64,000 nucleotides of DNA from Vicinamibacterales bacterium (GCA_035293405.1 DATDOE010000090.1:138282-202281); one strand, 5' to 3'. Numbered from the stretch's first letter, positions 28,942 to 38,684 are shown. Translations and numbers: made by a program. The notes: generated by a model from the letters alone, not told the origin.

Positions 28942-31900
28942 TCAGCGCGCCGCGTAGGCGTTGGAGCGGCCCGTCGCGAGCACCATCCGGAGCGCGTGAC
29001 CGGTGTACGACGCGTCATTCTGCGCGACCTGTTCGGGCGTGCCCGTCGCGACGACGCGGCCGCCAGCGTCGCCGCCCTCGGGGCCCAGATCGATCACGTA
29101 ATCCGCCGTTTTGATCACGTCGAGGTTGTGCTCGATCACGAGCAGGGAGTGGCCGGCCTCGACCAGCTTGCGGAACGCGGCCAGCAGCTTCGCGATGTCG
29201 TCGAAGTGCAGACCCGTCGTCGGTTCGTCGAGGATGTAGAGCACGCGCTCGCCGCCGAAAGACGCCAGGTGCGCCGCGATCTTGATCCGCTGCGCTTCCC
29301 CACCCGAGAGCGTCGTCGCCGGCTGCCCCAAGCGAAGATAGCCGAGGCCGATCTCGTCGAGCACCTGCAGGCGCCGCAGCACCTTCGCCGACTGACTGAA
29401 GAACGTCAGCGCCTCGCGCACCGTCATCTCGAGCACCTGGTGGATCGACCTGCCTCGATAGCGCACGTCGAGCACCGTCTGCTTGAACCGCATGCTGTCG
29501 CACTGGTCGCAGGGGACGAACACGTCGGCGAGGAACTGCATCTCCACGCGCACTTGGCCCTCGCCCTGACACGCCTCGCAGCGGCCACCAGGCACGTTGA
29601 ACGAGAAGTGACTCGCCGTCAGACCGCGCGCCTTGGCGTCCTTGGTCAAGGAGAACAGCTCGCGGATCGGGTCGAAGGCCTTCAGGTAGGTGACCGGATT
29701 GGACCGCGGCGTACGGCCGATTGGCGTCTGATCGACCAGCGCGACGTCGGTGATGTATTCGAGCCCCTCGAGACCCCGGAATGTGCCGACCCGGCGGTCC
29801 CAATCACCCTTGGCGCGCTTGATCGCCGCGTAGAGGACGTCGTGCACCAGCGTTGACTTGCCGGAGCCGCTGACACCCGTGACGCAGGTGATCGTATTCA
29901 GCGGAATCTCGATGTCCACGTTCTTCAGGTTGTGCTCGCTGGCGCCCTTCAGCTTGATCTTCTGTCCAACCCCTCGCCGCCGTGGTGACGGGACCGGAAT
30001 CGCCAGCTCGTTGCGGAGGTACTTCGCCGTCAGCGACCGCGGCTCCAGGAGCAGGCCGGGCAAATCGCCCGAGTACACGACGCGGCCGCCCTGCTCACCG
30101 GCACCGAGCCCGATGTCCACGATGTGATCGGCAACGCGAATCATGTCCTCATCGTGTTCGACGACCAGGACGGTGTTGCCCTGATCGCGCAGTTGCCGGA
30201 GGATGTCGATGAGCCGCTGGTTGTCGCGCGAGTGCAGGCCGATCGACGGCTCGTCCAGCACGTAGAGCGTGCCGACGAGCGCCGAGCCGAGCGACGTGGC
30301 TAGGTTGATGCGCTGCGATTCGCCACCGGACAGCGTCGACGACAGCCGATCGAGCGTGAGGTAGTCGAGGCCGACGTCGCTCAGAAACGTGAGCCGGCGC
30401 TTGATCTCGCGCAAGATCTTGTCGGCGACGGTGGTCTCCTTCTCACTGAGCTCGAGATCCGCGAAGAAGCGCTGGGCCCCGAGCACGGTGAGTGCCGACA
30501 CCTCGTCCACCGTCCGCCCCCCCACCCGCACGTTGCGCGCCTCGCGACGCAGCCGCGCGCCGCCGCAGTCCGGACAGGCCAGATAGCCGCGGTACCGGCT
30601 GAGGAACACGCGGACGTGCACCTTGTACTTCTTCTTCTCGAGCCACCGGAAGAACCCGCGAATCCCTTCGAAATCGCCGTCGCCCTCGACGACGAATCGC
30701 CGCTCTTCTTCTGACAGATCGCACCACGGCACGTCGAGGCGCAGCGTCGTCTTCTTCGCCGCGCGCTTCATCTCGGCGAGCTGCGCCCGATAGTGCGGCT
30801 TGCTCCACGGCTCGATCGCGCCCTGGGTGATCGACTTCGATGAATCCGGCACCACCAGATCCATGTCGAGCTCGATGATGTTGCCGAAGCCATGGCACAT
30901 CGGGCACGCGCCGAACGGGTTGTTGAACGAGAAGAGCCGCGGCTGCGGCGTTTCGTAGGTGATGCCGCAGGTCCGGCAGTCGAACTTCTCCGAGAAGACA
31001 AGTCTCCGGGATTCGGGATTCGCGATCCGGGACTCGGGACTCGGGACTCGGGACTCGACGAACGCAGAATCCTCCGGATCCCGGATCCCGGATCCCGGGT
31101 CCCGGCCGAGTATCACGGCGAAAGCCGCGCCGCCGCCTTCGCGATAGGACGTCTCAATCGAATCGGTCAGCCGGCTTCGCAGATCGCCGTCGATGCGCAC
31201 GCGATCGACGACGACCTCGAGCGTGGTCTTCGACTTCAACGCCCCGCGATCGACCTCATCGAAGCTCACGGCCTGGCCGTCGATCAACAGGCGGCCGTAG
31301 CCGCGCCGGCGCAATCCCTCGACCGTCTCGACAATTGGATCGAGACCGTTCTTCGCGGCCGGTTGCTCGACATCGTCACCGTCGGCTTCGTCACCGCCCT
31401 CCGCCTCGGCCGCCGGCTTCGCCCCAGCCGACATCGCCACAATCGGCAACTCGAACCCGATCAAGAGGCGTGTGCCGGTGGGTAGCTCGCCGAGCTGCCT
31501 GGCCACCACTTCCGCCGTCTCACGGATCACTTCCTGCCCGCACTGGCGGCAGAACGTCCGCCCCACGCGCGCGAAGAGCAGCCGCATGTAGTCGTGGATT
31601 TCGGTCGTCGTGCCGACGGTCGAGCGAGGGTTGCGGACGCTGTTCTTCTGCCTGATGGCGATGGCCGGGCAGATGCCTTCGATCTTGTCGACGTCGGGCT
31701 TCTCCATCCGCTCCAGGAACTGCCGCGCGTAGGCCGATAGGGACTCGACGTACCGCCGCTGACCCTCGGCGTAGATCGTGTCGAAGGCCAGCGATGACTT
31801 GCCGGACCCGCTGACGCCGGTGATGATGATCAGCTTGCCCGCAGGCAGCGTGACATCGATGTTCTTGAGGTTGTGCGTCCGCGCGCCGCGGACGATCAGC

Positions 31901-31959
31901 GGCCTGCGGACCTTCTGCGGCGTGGTGGCGTCGGGCGTCCCTACAGTGGCGAAATCCAT
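28942..31959 (-). CDS. uvrA: Excinuclease ABC subunit A
   Basis: Two ABC ATPase modules (GVSGSGKSSLAF, GVSGSGKSTLV) and zinc-finger Cys pairs. It carries an approximately 35-aa in-frame repeat-derived insert (see 31006..31106). Confidence 0.95.
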   Translation of the reverse strand: MDFATVGTPDATTPQKVRRPLIVRGARTHNLKNIDVTLPAGKLIIITGVSGSGKSSLAFDTIYAEGQRRYVESLSAYARQFLERMEKPDVDKIEGICPAIAIRQKNSVRNPRSTVGTTTEIHDYMRLLFARVGRTFCRQCGQEVIRETAEVVARQLGELPTGTRLLIGFELPIVAMSAGAKPAAEAEGGDEADGDDVEQPAAKNGLDPIVETVEGLRRRGYGRLLIDGQAVSFDEVDRGALKSKTTLEVVVDRVRIDGDLRSRLTDSIETSYREGGGAAFAVILGRDPGSGIRDPEDSAFVESRVPSPESRIANPESRRLVFSEKFDCRTCGITYETPQPRLFSFNNPFGACPMCHGFGNIIELDMDLVVPDSSKSITQGAIEPWSKPHYRAQLAEMKRAAKKTTLRLDVPWCDLSEEERRFVVEGDGDFEGIRGFFRWLEKKKYKVHVRVFLSRYRGYLACPDCGGARLRREARNVRVGGRTVDEVSALTVLGAQRFFADLELSEKETTVADKILREIKRRLTFLSDVGLDYLTLDRLSSTLSGGESQRINLATSLGSALVGTLYVLDEPSIGLHSRDNQRLIDILRQLRDQGNTVLVVEHDEDMIRVADHIVDIGLGAGEQGGRVVYSGDLPGLLLEPRSLTAKYLRNELAIPVPSPRRRGVGQKIKLKGASEHNLKNVDIEIPLNTITCVTGVSGSGKSTLVHDVLYAAIKRAKGDWDRRVGTFRGLEGLEYITDVALVDQTPIGRTPRSNPVTYLKAFDPIRELFSLTKDAKARGLTASHFSFNVPGGRCEACQGEGQVRVEMQFLADVFVPCDQCDSMRFKQTVLDVRYRGRSIHQVLEMTVREALTFFSQSAKVLRRLQVLDEIGLGYLRLGQPATTLSGGEAQRIKIAAHLASFGGERVLYILDEPTTGLHFDDIAKLLAAFRKLVEAGHSLLVIEHNLDVIKTADYVIDLGPEGGDAGGRVVATGTPEQVAQNDASYTGHALRMVLATGRSNAYAAR
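31006..31106. repeat. Inverted heptamer arrays, in frame inside uvrA
   Basis: GGGATTC GGGATTC GCGATCC GGGACTC x4 - spacer - CCGGATC x3 CCGGGTC. It encodes DPGSGIRDPEDSAFVESRVPSPESRIANPESR just before the conserved LVFSEKFDCRTCG. Confidence 0.85.
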
Positions 31960-31983
31960 CGGGTCCGTAAGAGAGAAATGGTA

Positions 31984-32667
31984 CTACAACTCCGCGAGTT
32001 GGGCGTTTCTTCGCGGCTCGAGCCGTGCCAGCGCCAGCGTGTTCTGTCCAACCGCGAAGGCCAGGGCGATCAGCAGCCCCACGATAGCGACCAGACCGCC
32101 CACGTCGAAGAGCGGCATCCGACCCAACAGTCCAACGTTGACGTGCGGATTCCCTCGAAGCGCAATCGCGCCAATCGCCAGGATAATGCGCAGCTCAGTC
32201 GGACCCACGCCGGCGAACGACATGCGGAAGACCCCGCGAACGGCAGTGGCGAGAAAGACCTCGCCGGACACGAGCAGGTAGGCCACCAACAGGGCGAGCG
32301 CGATCACCGGCGTCATGAAACCCGAGCACGCCAGGCCGGTCAGGAGACACGTGATGCCGACGATGTCGACGACGTGGTCAACGTAGAAGCCATAGCGCGG
32401 CCGCTCGACGCCGCGGACACGAGCGAGGGTCCCGTCCAGACTGTCGCCGAACCAGTTGATCGCGAGGGCGGCGACGACAACCCAAAGCGCCCGGACATCA
32501 AAGCGTGCGAGCCAGAAGCCGACGCCGGCCAGCATCATCGCCCCGAGAGCCAACCCAGTCAGATGGTCCGAGTGGATAGAGGCGGGCATGTGGCTCGCCA
32601 TTCGAGCGAGGAGCCGCTTTTCGACGGCGGCCAGCAGACTGCGGTGTTCGCGCACATGGTCGGGCAT
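31984..32667 (-). CDS. CDP-alcohol phosphatidyltransferase family protein
   Basis: DSLDGTLARVRGVERPRYGFYVDHVVD motif. The probable start is MPDHVREHRS. Confidence 0.8.
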   Translation of the reverse strand: MPDHVREHRSLLAAVEKRLLARMASHMPASIHSDHLTGLALGAMMLAGVGFWLARFDVRALWVVVAALAINWFGDSLDGTLARVRGVERPRYGFYVDHVVDIVGITCLLTGLACSGFMTPVIALALLVAYLLVSGEVFLATAVRGVFRMSFAGVGPTELRIILAIGAIALRGNPHVNVGLLGRMPLFDVGGLVAIVGLLIALAFAVGQNTLALARLEPRRNAQLAEL

Positions 32668-32721
32668 CTGATATCTCCTGTCCCGTAAGGTGCGTACTCT
32701 CGGCAAATCGGCTCACACCCC

Positions 32722-32766
32722 GGGATTCGGGACTCGGGGCTCGGGGCTCGGGACTCGGGACTCGGA
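32722..32766. repeat. Heptamer array GGGATTC GGGACTC GGGGCTC GGGGCTC GGGACTC GGGACTC
   Basis: Same unit family as the uvrA insert. It is followed by the hairpin GGCGGGTCT-N8-AGACCCGCC (32784-32809). Confidence 0.85.
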
Positions 32767-32847
32767 ACAGAGACTTGCCGTAGGGCGGGTCTTGGTTTGT
32801 AGACCCGCCGCCCAAGAACCCGCCAATGCCGAGATACCATCAGCTCA

Positions 32848-34551
32848 ATGCCTGAATCCGGCCTCGTTCTCACGCTTGCCGGAGGCTTCGGCGCCGCCCT
32901 CGTCTTCGGCTACATCACGCAGCGTCTCGGTCTCTCGCCCATCGTCGGCTATCTCATTGCCGGGGTGGCCGTGGGGCCAAGCACGCCCGGGTTCATCGCC
33001 GACATCCACATCGCCGAGCAGTTCGCGGAGATCGGCATCATCCTGCTGATGTTCGGCGTCGGGTTGCAGTTCCACCTCGAGGAGCTGCTCGCGGTTCGCC
33101 GGATCGCGATTCCAGGCGCCATCGCACAGAGCCTGATGGCGACGGCCCTCGGCGCGTTCGCCGCTCACGCCTTCGGCTGGACGTGGCCGGCGGCCATCGT
33201 CTTCGGCCTGGCGCTATCGGTCGCCAGCACCGTCGTCCTCGTGCGCGTTCTTTCGGACAGCCGCAAGCTCCACACTCCGGCCGGACACATCGCCGTCGGC
33301 TGGCTCGTCGTCCAGGATGTACTCACCGTCATTGTCCTGGTGCTCTTACCTGCGCTCAAGGGGGAGCTCACCCCGGCCGCACTCGCCACGAGCCTCGCCG
33401 TCACGTTGATCAAAGTGGCCGGTCTCGTCGCTGTCACGGCCATCATCGGACGGCGGGTGATCCCGTTGATCCTCGATCGCATCGCTGCGACGCGATCGCG
33501 CGAGCTGTTCACGCTGACTGTGCTCGCGCTGGCCATCGGCCTGGCGGTCGGGTCCGCGGCCGTGTTCGGCGTGTCGATGGCGCTCGGTGCATTCCTCGCA
33601 GGCATGGTCGTGGGGACCTCCGACTACAGCCTTCGCGCCGCCACGGATGCATTGCCGATGCGCGACGCGTTCGCGGTGCTGTTCTTCGTGTCGGTTGGCA
33701 TGTTGCTGCGCCCCTCGGCGATTCTGGCCTACCCCGCGTTCACCATCGCCGCGCTGGCCATCGTCATGGTTTGCAACCCGCTCACCGCGGCGGCCGTCGC
33801 CTCGCTGATGCGCTATCCGATTCGAACGACGGCGACCGTGGCGATGTCGCTGGGGCAGATCGGCGAGTTCTCGTTCATCCTCGTGACGCTCGGCCGAGAC
33901 CTGAATATCGTGCCGGCCGAAGCCGTCGATGTGGTCGTGGCCACGGCGATCATCTCGATCACGTTCAACCCGCTTGCGTTCAGAGCCATTGAGCCCATCG
34001 ATCGCTGGTTCGCCCGGAGACGGCTGGCGCAGGTGACGACGGACACAGAGGCGGTGGAGGTCGGCGCGACCTCTTCACTCGAGCCTGATGAGCGCGCGAT
34101 CGTGATCGGATACGGACCAACCGGCCGCACCGTCACCCGGCTGCTTCGCGAGAACGGCATCTTGCCAACCGTCGTGGACCTGAACATGGACGCGGTGCGC
34201 GAGCTGCGCGAGAGCGGTGTGTCGGCCGTCTACGGGGATGCGAGGCATGCCGACACGCTGGTGTCCGCGGGACTCCCCCACGCCGCCACGCTCATCGTGA
34301 GCGGCGCGGATACCGGCACGGCGGAGATTCTTCAGGGCGCCAGGGCGATCAACCCCCACGTCCACATCTTCGCCCGCGGCGGCTATCTGCGTGACGTGCC
34401 CGCGCTGCGTGACGCCGGCGCCGAGCAGGTGTTCTCGGGTGAAGGCGAGGTGGCGCTGGCGATGACCGAGGCCGTGCTGCGTCGCTTGGGAGCGACGGCG
34501 GATCAGATCGACCGGGAGCGGGCGCGGGTGCGGAGAGAGCTGTTCACCTAG
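32848..34551 (+). CDS. Kef-type (CPA2) cation:proton antiporter with C-terminal RCK/TrkA-N domain
   Basis: SPIVGYLIAGVAVGPS...AEIGIILLMFGVGL, and a C-terminal IVIGYGPTGRTV Rossmann motif. Confidence 0.9.
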   Translation: MPESGLVLTLAGGFGAALVFGYITQRLGLSPIVGYLIAGVAVGPSTPGFIADIHIAEQFAEIGIILLMFGVGLQFHLEELLAVRRIAIPGAIAQSLMATALGAFAAHAFGWTWPAAIVFGLALSVASTVVLVRVLSDSRKLHTPAGHIAVGWLVVQDVLTVIVLVLLPALKGELTPAALATSLAVTLIKVAGLVAVTAIIGRRVIPLILDRIAATRSRELFTLTVLALAIGLAVGSAAVFGVSMALGAFLAGMVVGTSDYSLRAATDALPMRDAFAVLFFVSVGMLLRPSAILAYPAFTIAALAIVMVCNPLTAAAVASLMRYPIRTTATVAMSLGQIGEFSFILVTLGRDLNIVPAEAVDVVVATAIISITFNPLAFRAIEPIDRWFARRRLAQVTTDTEAVEVGATSSLEPDERAIVIGYGPTGRTVTRLLRENGILPTVVDLNMDAVRELRESGVSAVYGDARHADTLVSAGLPHAATLIVSGADTGTAEILQGARAINPHVHIFARGGYLRDVPALRDAGAEQVFSGEGEVALAMTEAVLRRLGATADQIDRERARVRRELFT

Positions 34552-35269
34552 CTATATTCTTCATCGCCTCTCTCACACTCAATGGACTCAGGCTCTCCTT
34601 GTGTTCCTTGACGTAGCGCCGCACCTCCTTCGGATCCGTCCACGCGTACTGTCGCAGCGCCCAGCCGATGGCTTTACGGATGAAGAACTCGCTTGCCATG
34701 AGCGAGCCACTCTGTGTGCGAGTCGAACGGTGGGACAGGTTCGGCTCAATGCAGGCGTACAGGAGATCGAGATCCGTGTTTTGCTTGAATCGAATCTGAC
34801 AGAGGATTGCGGCGCGGCGCTTCCACATGTCCTTGTCGGAGGCCCATCGGCGCATCAGCGATTTCATGCGACGGGGCTCGGTGCGTAGGACGTCGCCGAG
34901 GTGATGCGTCGAGATGACGTCAACGAAATCCCACCACGCGCCCGTCACAATCATCTCCTCGAACAGCGGGACCGTCGCGAACGTGCGGAACGAGGCATAG
35001 CGGCGATCGTCGGTCAACAGGATCGCGGCGTAGCGCTCCTCGCGAAAGGAGGCCGTTCGCCAGAGGTCCTCGGCCACCCGGCGCCATTCGGTGAACGAGT
35101 CGAGCGGATGAGCCTTGAAGGCGTCGCGGCACAGCCATTTCAGCTTGGCCGACGACACGCCCCGGTACGGCATCGCCGACTTCATGTAGGCCTGCATTTG
35201 GGGAGCTTTCGCCGGATCGGCGGCCTGTTCGAGGGCGAGGCGAACCGTTCGGACCAACAGATGTGTCAT
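34544..35269 (-). CDS. DNA alkylation repair protein (AlkD-like HEAT-repeat family)
   Basis: The length and the ...FFIRKAIGWALRQYAWTDPKEVRRYV motif are typical of the DNA_alkylation family. Confidence 0.75.
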   Translation of the reverse strand: MTHLLVRTVRLALEQAADPAKAPQMQAYMKSAMPYRGVSSAKLKWLCRDAFKAHPLDSFTEWRRVAEDLWRTASFREERYAAILLTDDRRYASFRTFATVPLFEEMIVTGAWWDFVDVISTHHLGDVLRTEPRRMKSLMRRWASDKDMWKRRAAILCQIRFKQNTDLDLLYACIEPNLSHRSTRTQSGSLMASEFFIRKAIGWALRQYAWTDPKEVRRYVKEHKESLSPLSVREAMKNIAR

Positions 35270-35376
35270 AGGGGATGCGACAAGAGTGGCGCGGCCACAT
35301 CTCTGGCGTTTCGGCAGTATACTCAGGCCGTTCAGGCCAAGGCAGTCAGGGCTGCATCAGCCCAGGAGGTTCGTGA

Positions 35377-35967
35377 ATGCGCGCAATGTTATTGACGATG
35401 GGGCTCACAGCAGCCCTGGCAGTGGGCGCCGGCGCCCAGACCACCGAGCTGAAGGTCGGCGATACGGCGCCGGATTTCAAGCTGCAGGCGTCGGATGGCA
35501 AGACGTATCAGCTGTCGGACTTCAAGGGAAAGAAGGCGGTCGTGGTCGCCTGGTTCCCGAAGGCGTTCACCCAGGGCTGCACCATCGAGTGCAAGTCGCT
35601 GGCGGAGAACGGCGACAAGATCAAGATGTACGACGTGGCGTACTTCATGGCCAGCACGGACAACGTCGAGGACAACACGAAGTTCGCCAAGGCCACCAGC
35701 GTGACGCTGCAGGGCCGGGGCGGCGGGGCCTCCACCGTGGTGGACAAGAAGGAAGCGGACTTCCCACTTCTCGCCGATCCGACGAAGGAAGCGGCCACGA
35801 AGTACGGTGTGCTGATGGCCAACGGCCAGCTGGCGAACCGCTGGACGTTCTACATCGACAAGAGCGGCAAGATCGCCTACATCGAGAAGGCCGTGAAGCC
35901 GGCGACATCGGCCGAAGACATGGTGGCCAAGCTCGGCGAGCTCAAGGTCACGATGAATCATCACTGA
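35377..35967 (+). CDS. Secreted peroxiredoxin (AhpC/TSA/Bcp-like)
   Basis: It has a signal peptide. GDTAPDFKLQASDGKTYQLSDFKGKKAVVVAWFPKAFTQGCTIEC carries the peroxidatic Cys context. Confidence 0.85.
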   Translation: MRAMLLTMGLTAALAVGAGAQTTELKVGDTAPDFKLQASDGKTYQLSDFKGKKAVVVAWFPKAFTQGCTIECKSLAENGDKIKMYDVAYFMASTDNVEDNTKFAKATSVTLQGRGGGASTVVDKKEADFPLLADPTKEAATKYGVLMANGQLANRWTFYIDKSGKIAYIEKAVKPATSAEDMVAKLGELKVTMNHH

Positions 35968-35977
35968 GAACCTTTTC

Positions 35978-36026
35978 GGTTCTTGGTTCTTGGTTCTTGG
36001 TTCTTGGTTCTTGGTTCTTGGTCGTG
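35978..36026. repeat. Heptamer array GGTTCTT x6 + GGTCGTG
   Basis: Read directly from the sequence. It has the same GGTTCTTGGTCGTG end as the array at 16336-16349. Confidence 0.9.
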
Positions 36027-36036
36027 TTCAATGAGA

Positions 36037-36070
36037 GGGCGGGTCCTTGCGGACCCGCCCTTTCCTTTTT
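36037..36070 (+). terminator. Rho-independent terminator of the peroxiredoxin gene
   Basis: GGGCGGGTCC-TTGC-GGACCCGCCC followed by TTTCCTTTTT. Confidence 0.8.
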
Positions 36071-36117
36071 CTGCGAACCTGCTGGTCCTCTACAAACCTG
36101 CTGATTCTGCAAACCTG

Positions 36118-36708
36118 CTACGCAGTGGCGGCTGTACGACTGGTGATCAGCGCCGCCATGTCGTGGCCCAATTGATCCACGACCTTCCAGTCTGTGAGCT
36201 CGTAATCTCTGCTTGCATCCGTCGGAGCCCCCTCCTTGCGGGCGATCCATTTCATGACCATCCGCTTCAAGAACCCGTACTCCAGATACGCGAGACGCCC
36301 GGCTACTGAGACAATCCTGTCCGGTCTCCACTCGTGCTTCGGTGGGAACGCCCGGGCGAGTTGCTCGGCCGCGGCGACCTCCGCTTGGTTCCTGGATGCG
36401 GCGCTGAGACTGACGGAGAAGAACGCCGAGGGTACGGCGTTCAAGTCCGAGGCATGTGCGTGAACGAAGGCGTTGGCGGCCCTCTGGTGCCGGCCTAGAT
36501 GTAGCGACGCGCCGACGAGCGCGCCGTGCACACGGGTCCAGTCGAGCGCGGCCGCATCGGGATCGGCCATATCCAGGGCCTGGCTGTCGAAGCCGTGTTC
36601 TCGGAGGATGGTTGAGAGGCGGATGGCAATCAGCGCCGTTTGCCCCTCGGTGCTCGTAAAGAGCACTGGCACTCCGCAGGTCACGGCTTCGACAGGTGAG
36701 GTCGCCAT
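36118..36708 (-). CDS. Flavodoxin-like protein (HemG-type protoporphyrinogen oxidase family candidate)
   Basis: VLFTSTEGQTALIAIRL flavodoxin-like N-terminus and the ...GASLHLGRH... pattern. The start is uncertain (ORF 36118..36813). Confidence 0.6.
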   Translation of the reverse strand: MATSPVEAVTCGVPVLFTSTEGQTALIAIRLSTILREHGFDSQALDMADPDAAALDWTRVHGALVGASLHLGRHQRAANAFVHAHASDLNAVPSAFFSVSLSAASRNQAEVAAAEQLARAFPPKHEWRPDRIVSVAGRLAYLEYGFLKRMVMKWIARKEGAPTDASRDYELTDWKVVDQLGHDMAALITSRTAATA

Positions 36709-36896
36709 ACACACGACTAGGGCAATTCGCATGCCCCCGACATGCGTTGCTTTTGCCCGCCAACAGGCGCTGTGCTCACTGCGGGGGACTGCCGAGGGGG
36801 ATTCTCTCGCCATCGGCGGGGAAAATCACGCACCGGTCCGGCGTGCTAGAATCGGATGTTTTCGCGTGGTGTCTCGAGGCCACGCGAGCCCGCCTG

Positions 36897-36972
36897 GCCG
36901 GCGTAGCTCAGTTGGTAGAGCAGCTGATTCGTAATCAGCAGGTCGTCCGTTCAACCCGGATCGCCGGCTCCA
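36897..36972 (+). tRNA. tRNA-Thr (anticodon CGU), CCA encoded
   Basis: Manual cloverleaf: acceptor GCCGGCG/CGCCGGC, D arm GCTC-AGTTGGTA-GAGC, anticodon arm GCTGA-TTCGTAA-TCAGC, T arm GTCCG-TTCAACC-CGGAT, discriminator T, then CCA. Confidence 0.9.
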
Positions 36973-37033
36973 TTCTTCGCTCTCGATTGCTGGCGAAGGT
37001 TGCCCGCCGAAGCGCTTCGCGCGAAGGTGGGCT

Positions 37034-37777
37034 GTGAACCTGATCCTCCTGGAAGAGCGCGATCGCGTCGGCTCGTCCTCGGTGACGCTCTCGGATGTGC
37101 GTGCCGCTCACCTGCTGAATGTGCTCGAGGTGGTGCCGGGCCAGACCGTTCGAGTGGGGCTGCTCGATGGCCCACTCGGGGTGGGACACGTCGAATCCGC
37201 AGGCGATGGTCGCGTGACCTTGCGATGCGTGTTCGATGCGGACATCCCTCCCCGGCCCCGAGTCGATCTGTTGCTCGCCCTTCCCCGACCGAAAGTCATG
37301 CGTCGCCTGTGGGCCCAGCTCGCCGCGCTCGGCGTCGGGCAGATCATCCTCACGAATGCCGAGCGTGTGGAACGGCCGTACTTCGACACGCACGTCCTCG
37401 ACGAGACCTGTTACCGTCCACTGCTCATCGAAGGGCTGCAGCAGGCGCGAGACACACGGCTGCCCATCGTCTCGATCCATCGGCAGTTCAAGATCCTCGT
37501 CGAGGATCACTTGACCACGCTCTTCGGCGATGGCTTTCGTCTGGTTGCCGATCCTCACGGTACGACATCCGTCGCATCGGCCATCGCTGAGCACCCCGAC
37601 CGACGCGTGCTGGTCGCGATCGGGCCAGAAGGCGGTTGGAACGCCTTCGAGCTGGCGCTCTTCCAGGCTCACGGCTTCCGGCTCGTCGGCCTCGGGCCAC
37701 GTACGCTACGCGTGGACACGGCATGCACGGCAGTGTTGGCCATCACGCATGCGTCGATAGGACTCGGGTCCGGCTGA
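37034..37777 (+). CDS. rsmE: 16S rRNA (uracil1498-N3)-methyltransferase
   Basis: RsmE-like pattern: N-terminal PUA-like domain and the C-terminal ...VAIGPEGGWNAFE...LGPRTLRVDTA motif. Confidence 0.8.
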   Translation: MNLILLEERDRVGSSSVTLSDVRAAHLLNVLEVVPGQTVRVGLLDGPLGVGHVESAGDGRVTLRCVFDADIPPRPRVDLLLALPRPKVMRRLWAQLAALGVGQIILTNAERVERPYFDTHVLDETCYRPLLIEGLQQARDTRLPIVSIHRQFKILVEDHLTTLFGDGFRLVADPHGTTSVASAIAEHPDRRVLVAIGPEGGWNAFELALFQAHGFRLVGLGPRTLRVDTACTAVLAITHASIGLGSG

Positions 37778-37825
37778 AGCCGGACACTACGTACGTGGGC
37801 CTTCCAGCTTGCGTCCAGCCGCTCC

Positions 37826-38587
37826 GTGACGGAAGATCCTCCTTCACCCCTGACGCGATCCGCGTTGCAAGGAGGGTTGGTGCTTTCGTTTCACAGTCGT
37901 GTCGTCGGAGATATCGCCGTCCTGGAGTGCCGCGGCCAAATCGTCGAAGGCCGCCAATCAGCCTCGCTCCTCCAGCACGTCGATGATCTGCTGGCGATGC
38001 ATCCGCACGTCCTTCTCCACCTCGGCGCAATCGACTTCATCGACAGCAGCGGCGTGGGTCTGCTGGTGCGCGTCCTCACCCGAACACATCTCGCCTACGG
38101 CAAGCTGGCGCTGTGCGCGGTCTCCACGAAGATCCGCGAGGTCCTGACGGTCACCAGGCTGTATTCGATCTTTGACGCCTACGACGCCGAAGCCGAGGCC
38201 ATCGCCGCCTTCTACCGGCGTCCCACAGGCGACGACAGTGCGTTCCGGCAACCGAGCATCTTGTGTGTGGACAAGTCCCCCGATGTGCTCGCGTACGTCC
38301 GAGCCCTGTTGCGGCAGGCGGGCCATGCGGTCGTCACGACCGGCAACCTGCCAGATGCGTTGATACTGCTCACGGCCACCCGGCCGAAGCTGGTGGTGAT
38401 CGGGGCGGATCTGCGGGCGATGCGAGAGACTCAGGCCGCGGGGACGTTCAACCGGTTGGCCGATGCGCTGTCAGTCATTGAGCTACCAGGACACTTCTCC
38501 ACCGATGACGCCGGCGAGGCAGGACCTCAGCTCCTCGCTCAGGTAGGTGCCATCATCGCGATGCCGGATGGACAAGCCGCGATGTGA
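37826..38587 (+). CDS. STAS (anti-sigma-factor antagonist) domain fused to a receiver-like domain
   Basis: STAS region: IAVLECRGQIV...IDFIDSSGVGLLV...REVLTVTRL. It is followed by a CheY-like ILCVDKSPDVLAYVRALLRQAGHAVV...KLVVIGADL region. Confidence 0.6.
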   Translation: MTEDPPSPLTRSALQGGLVLSFHSRVVGDIAVLECRGQIVEGRQSASLLQHVDDLLAMHPHVLLHLGAIDFIDSSGVGLLVRVLTRTHLAYGKLALCAVSTKIREVLTVTRLYSIFDAYDAEAEAIAAFYRRPTGDDSAFRQPSILCVDKSPDVLAYVRALLRQAGHAVVTTGNLPDALILLTATRPKLVVIGADLRAMRETQAAGTFNRLADALSVIELPGHFSTDDAGEAGPQLLAQVGAIIAMPDGQAAM

Positions 38588-38684
38588 ACGCTGACAGCGT
38601 TCCGTCCAGCCTGGCAGCCCGAACATGCTGCACCTCCAGCACTGAGCAGGAGCAACATTCGTGCCCCGACCCTGAAAGCGAAAC

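Noticed and set aside
36075-36120. Three copies of AACCTGCT(G/A), spaced 19 and 17 nt apart, downstream of the peroxiredoxin terminator
   Set aside because: The motif is short (9-10 nt). The last copy overlaps the stop codon of the flavodoxin-like gene, and the region lies between convergent gene ends where regulation is unlikely. This is probably chance or part of the local repeat debris.
36897-37034. tRNA-Thr as an integration hotspot with an adjacent island
   Set aside because: There is no integrase, no direct repeat of the tRNA 3' end and no compositional break that I can see. The next gene is housekeeping rsmE.
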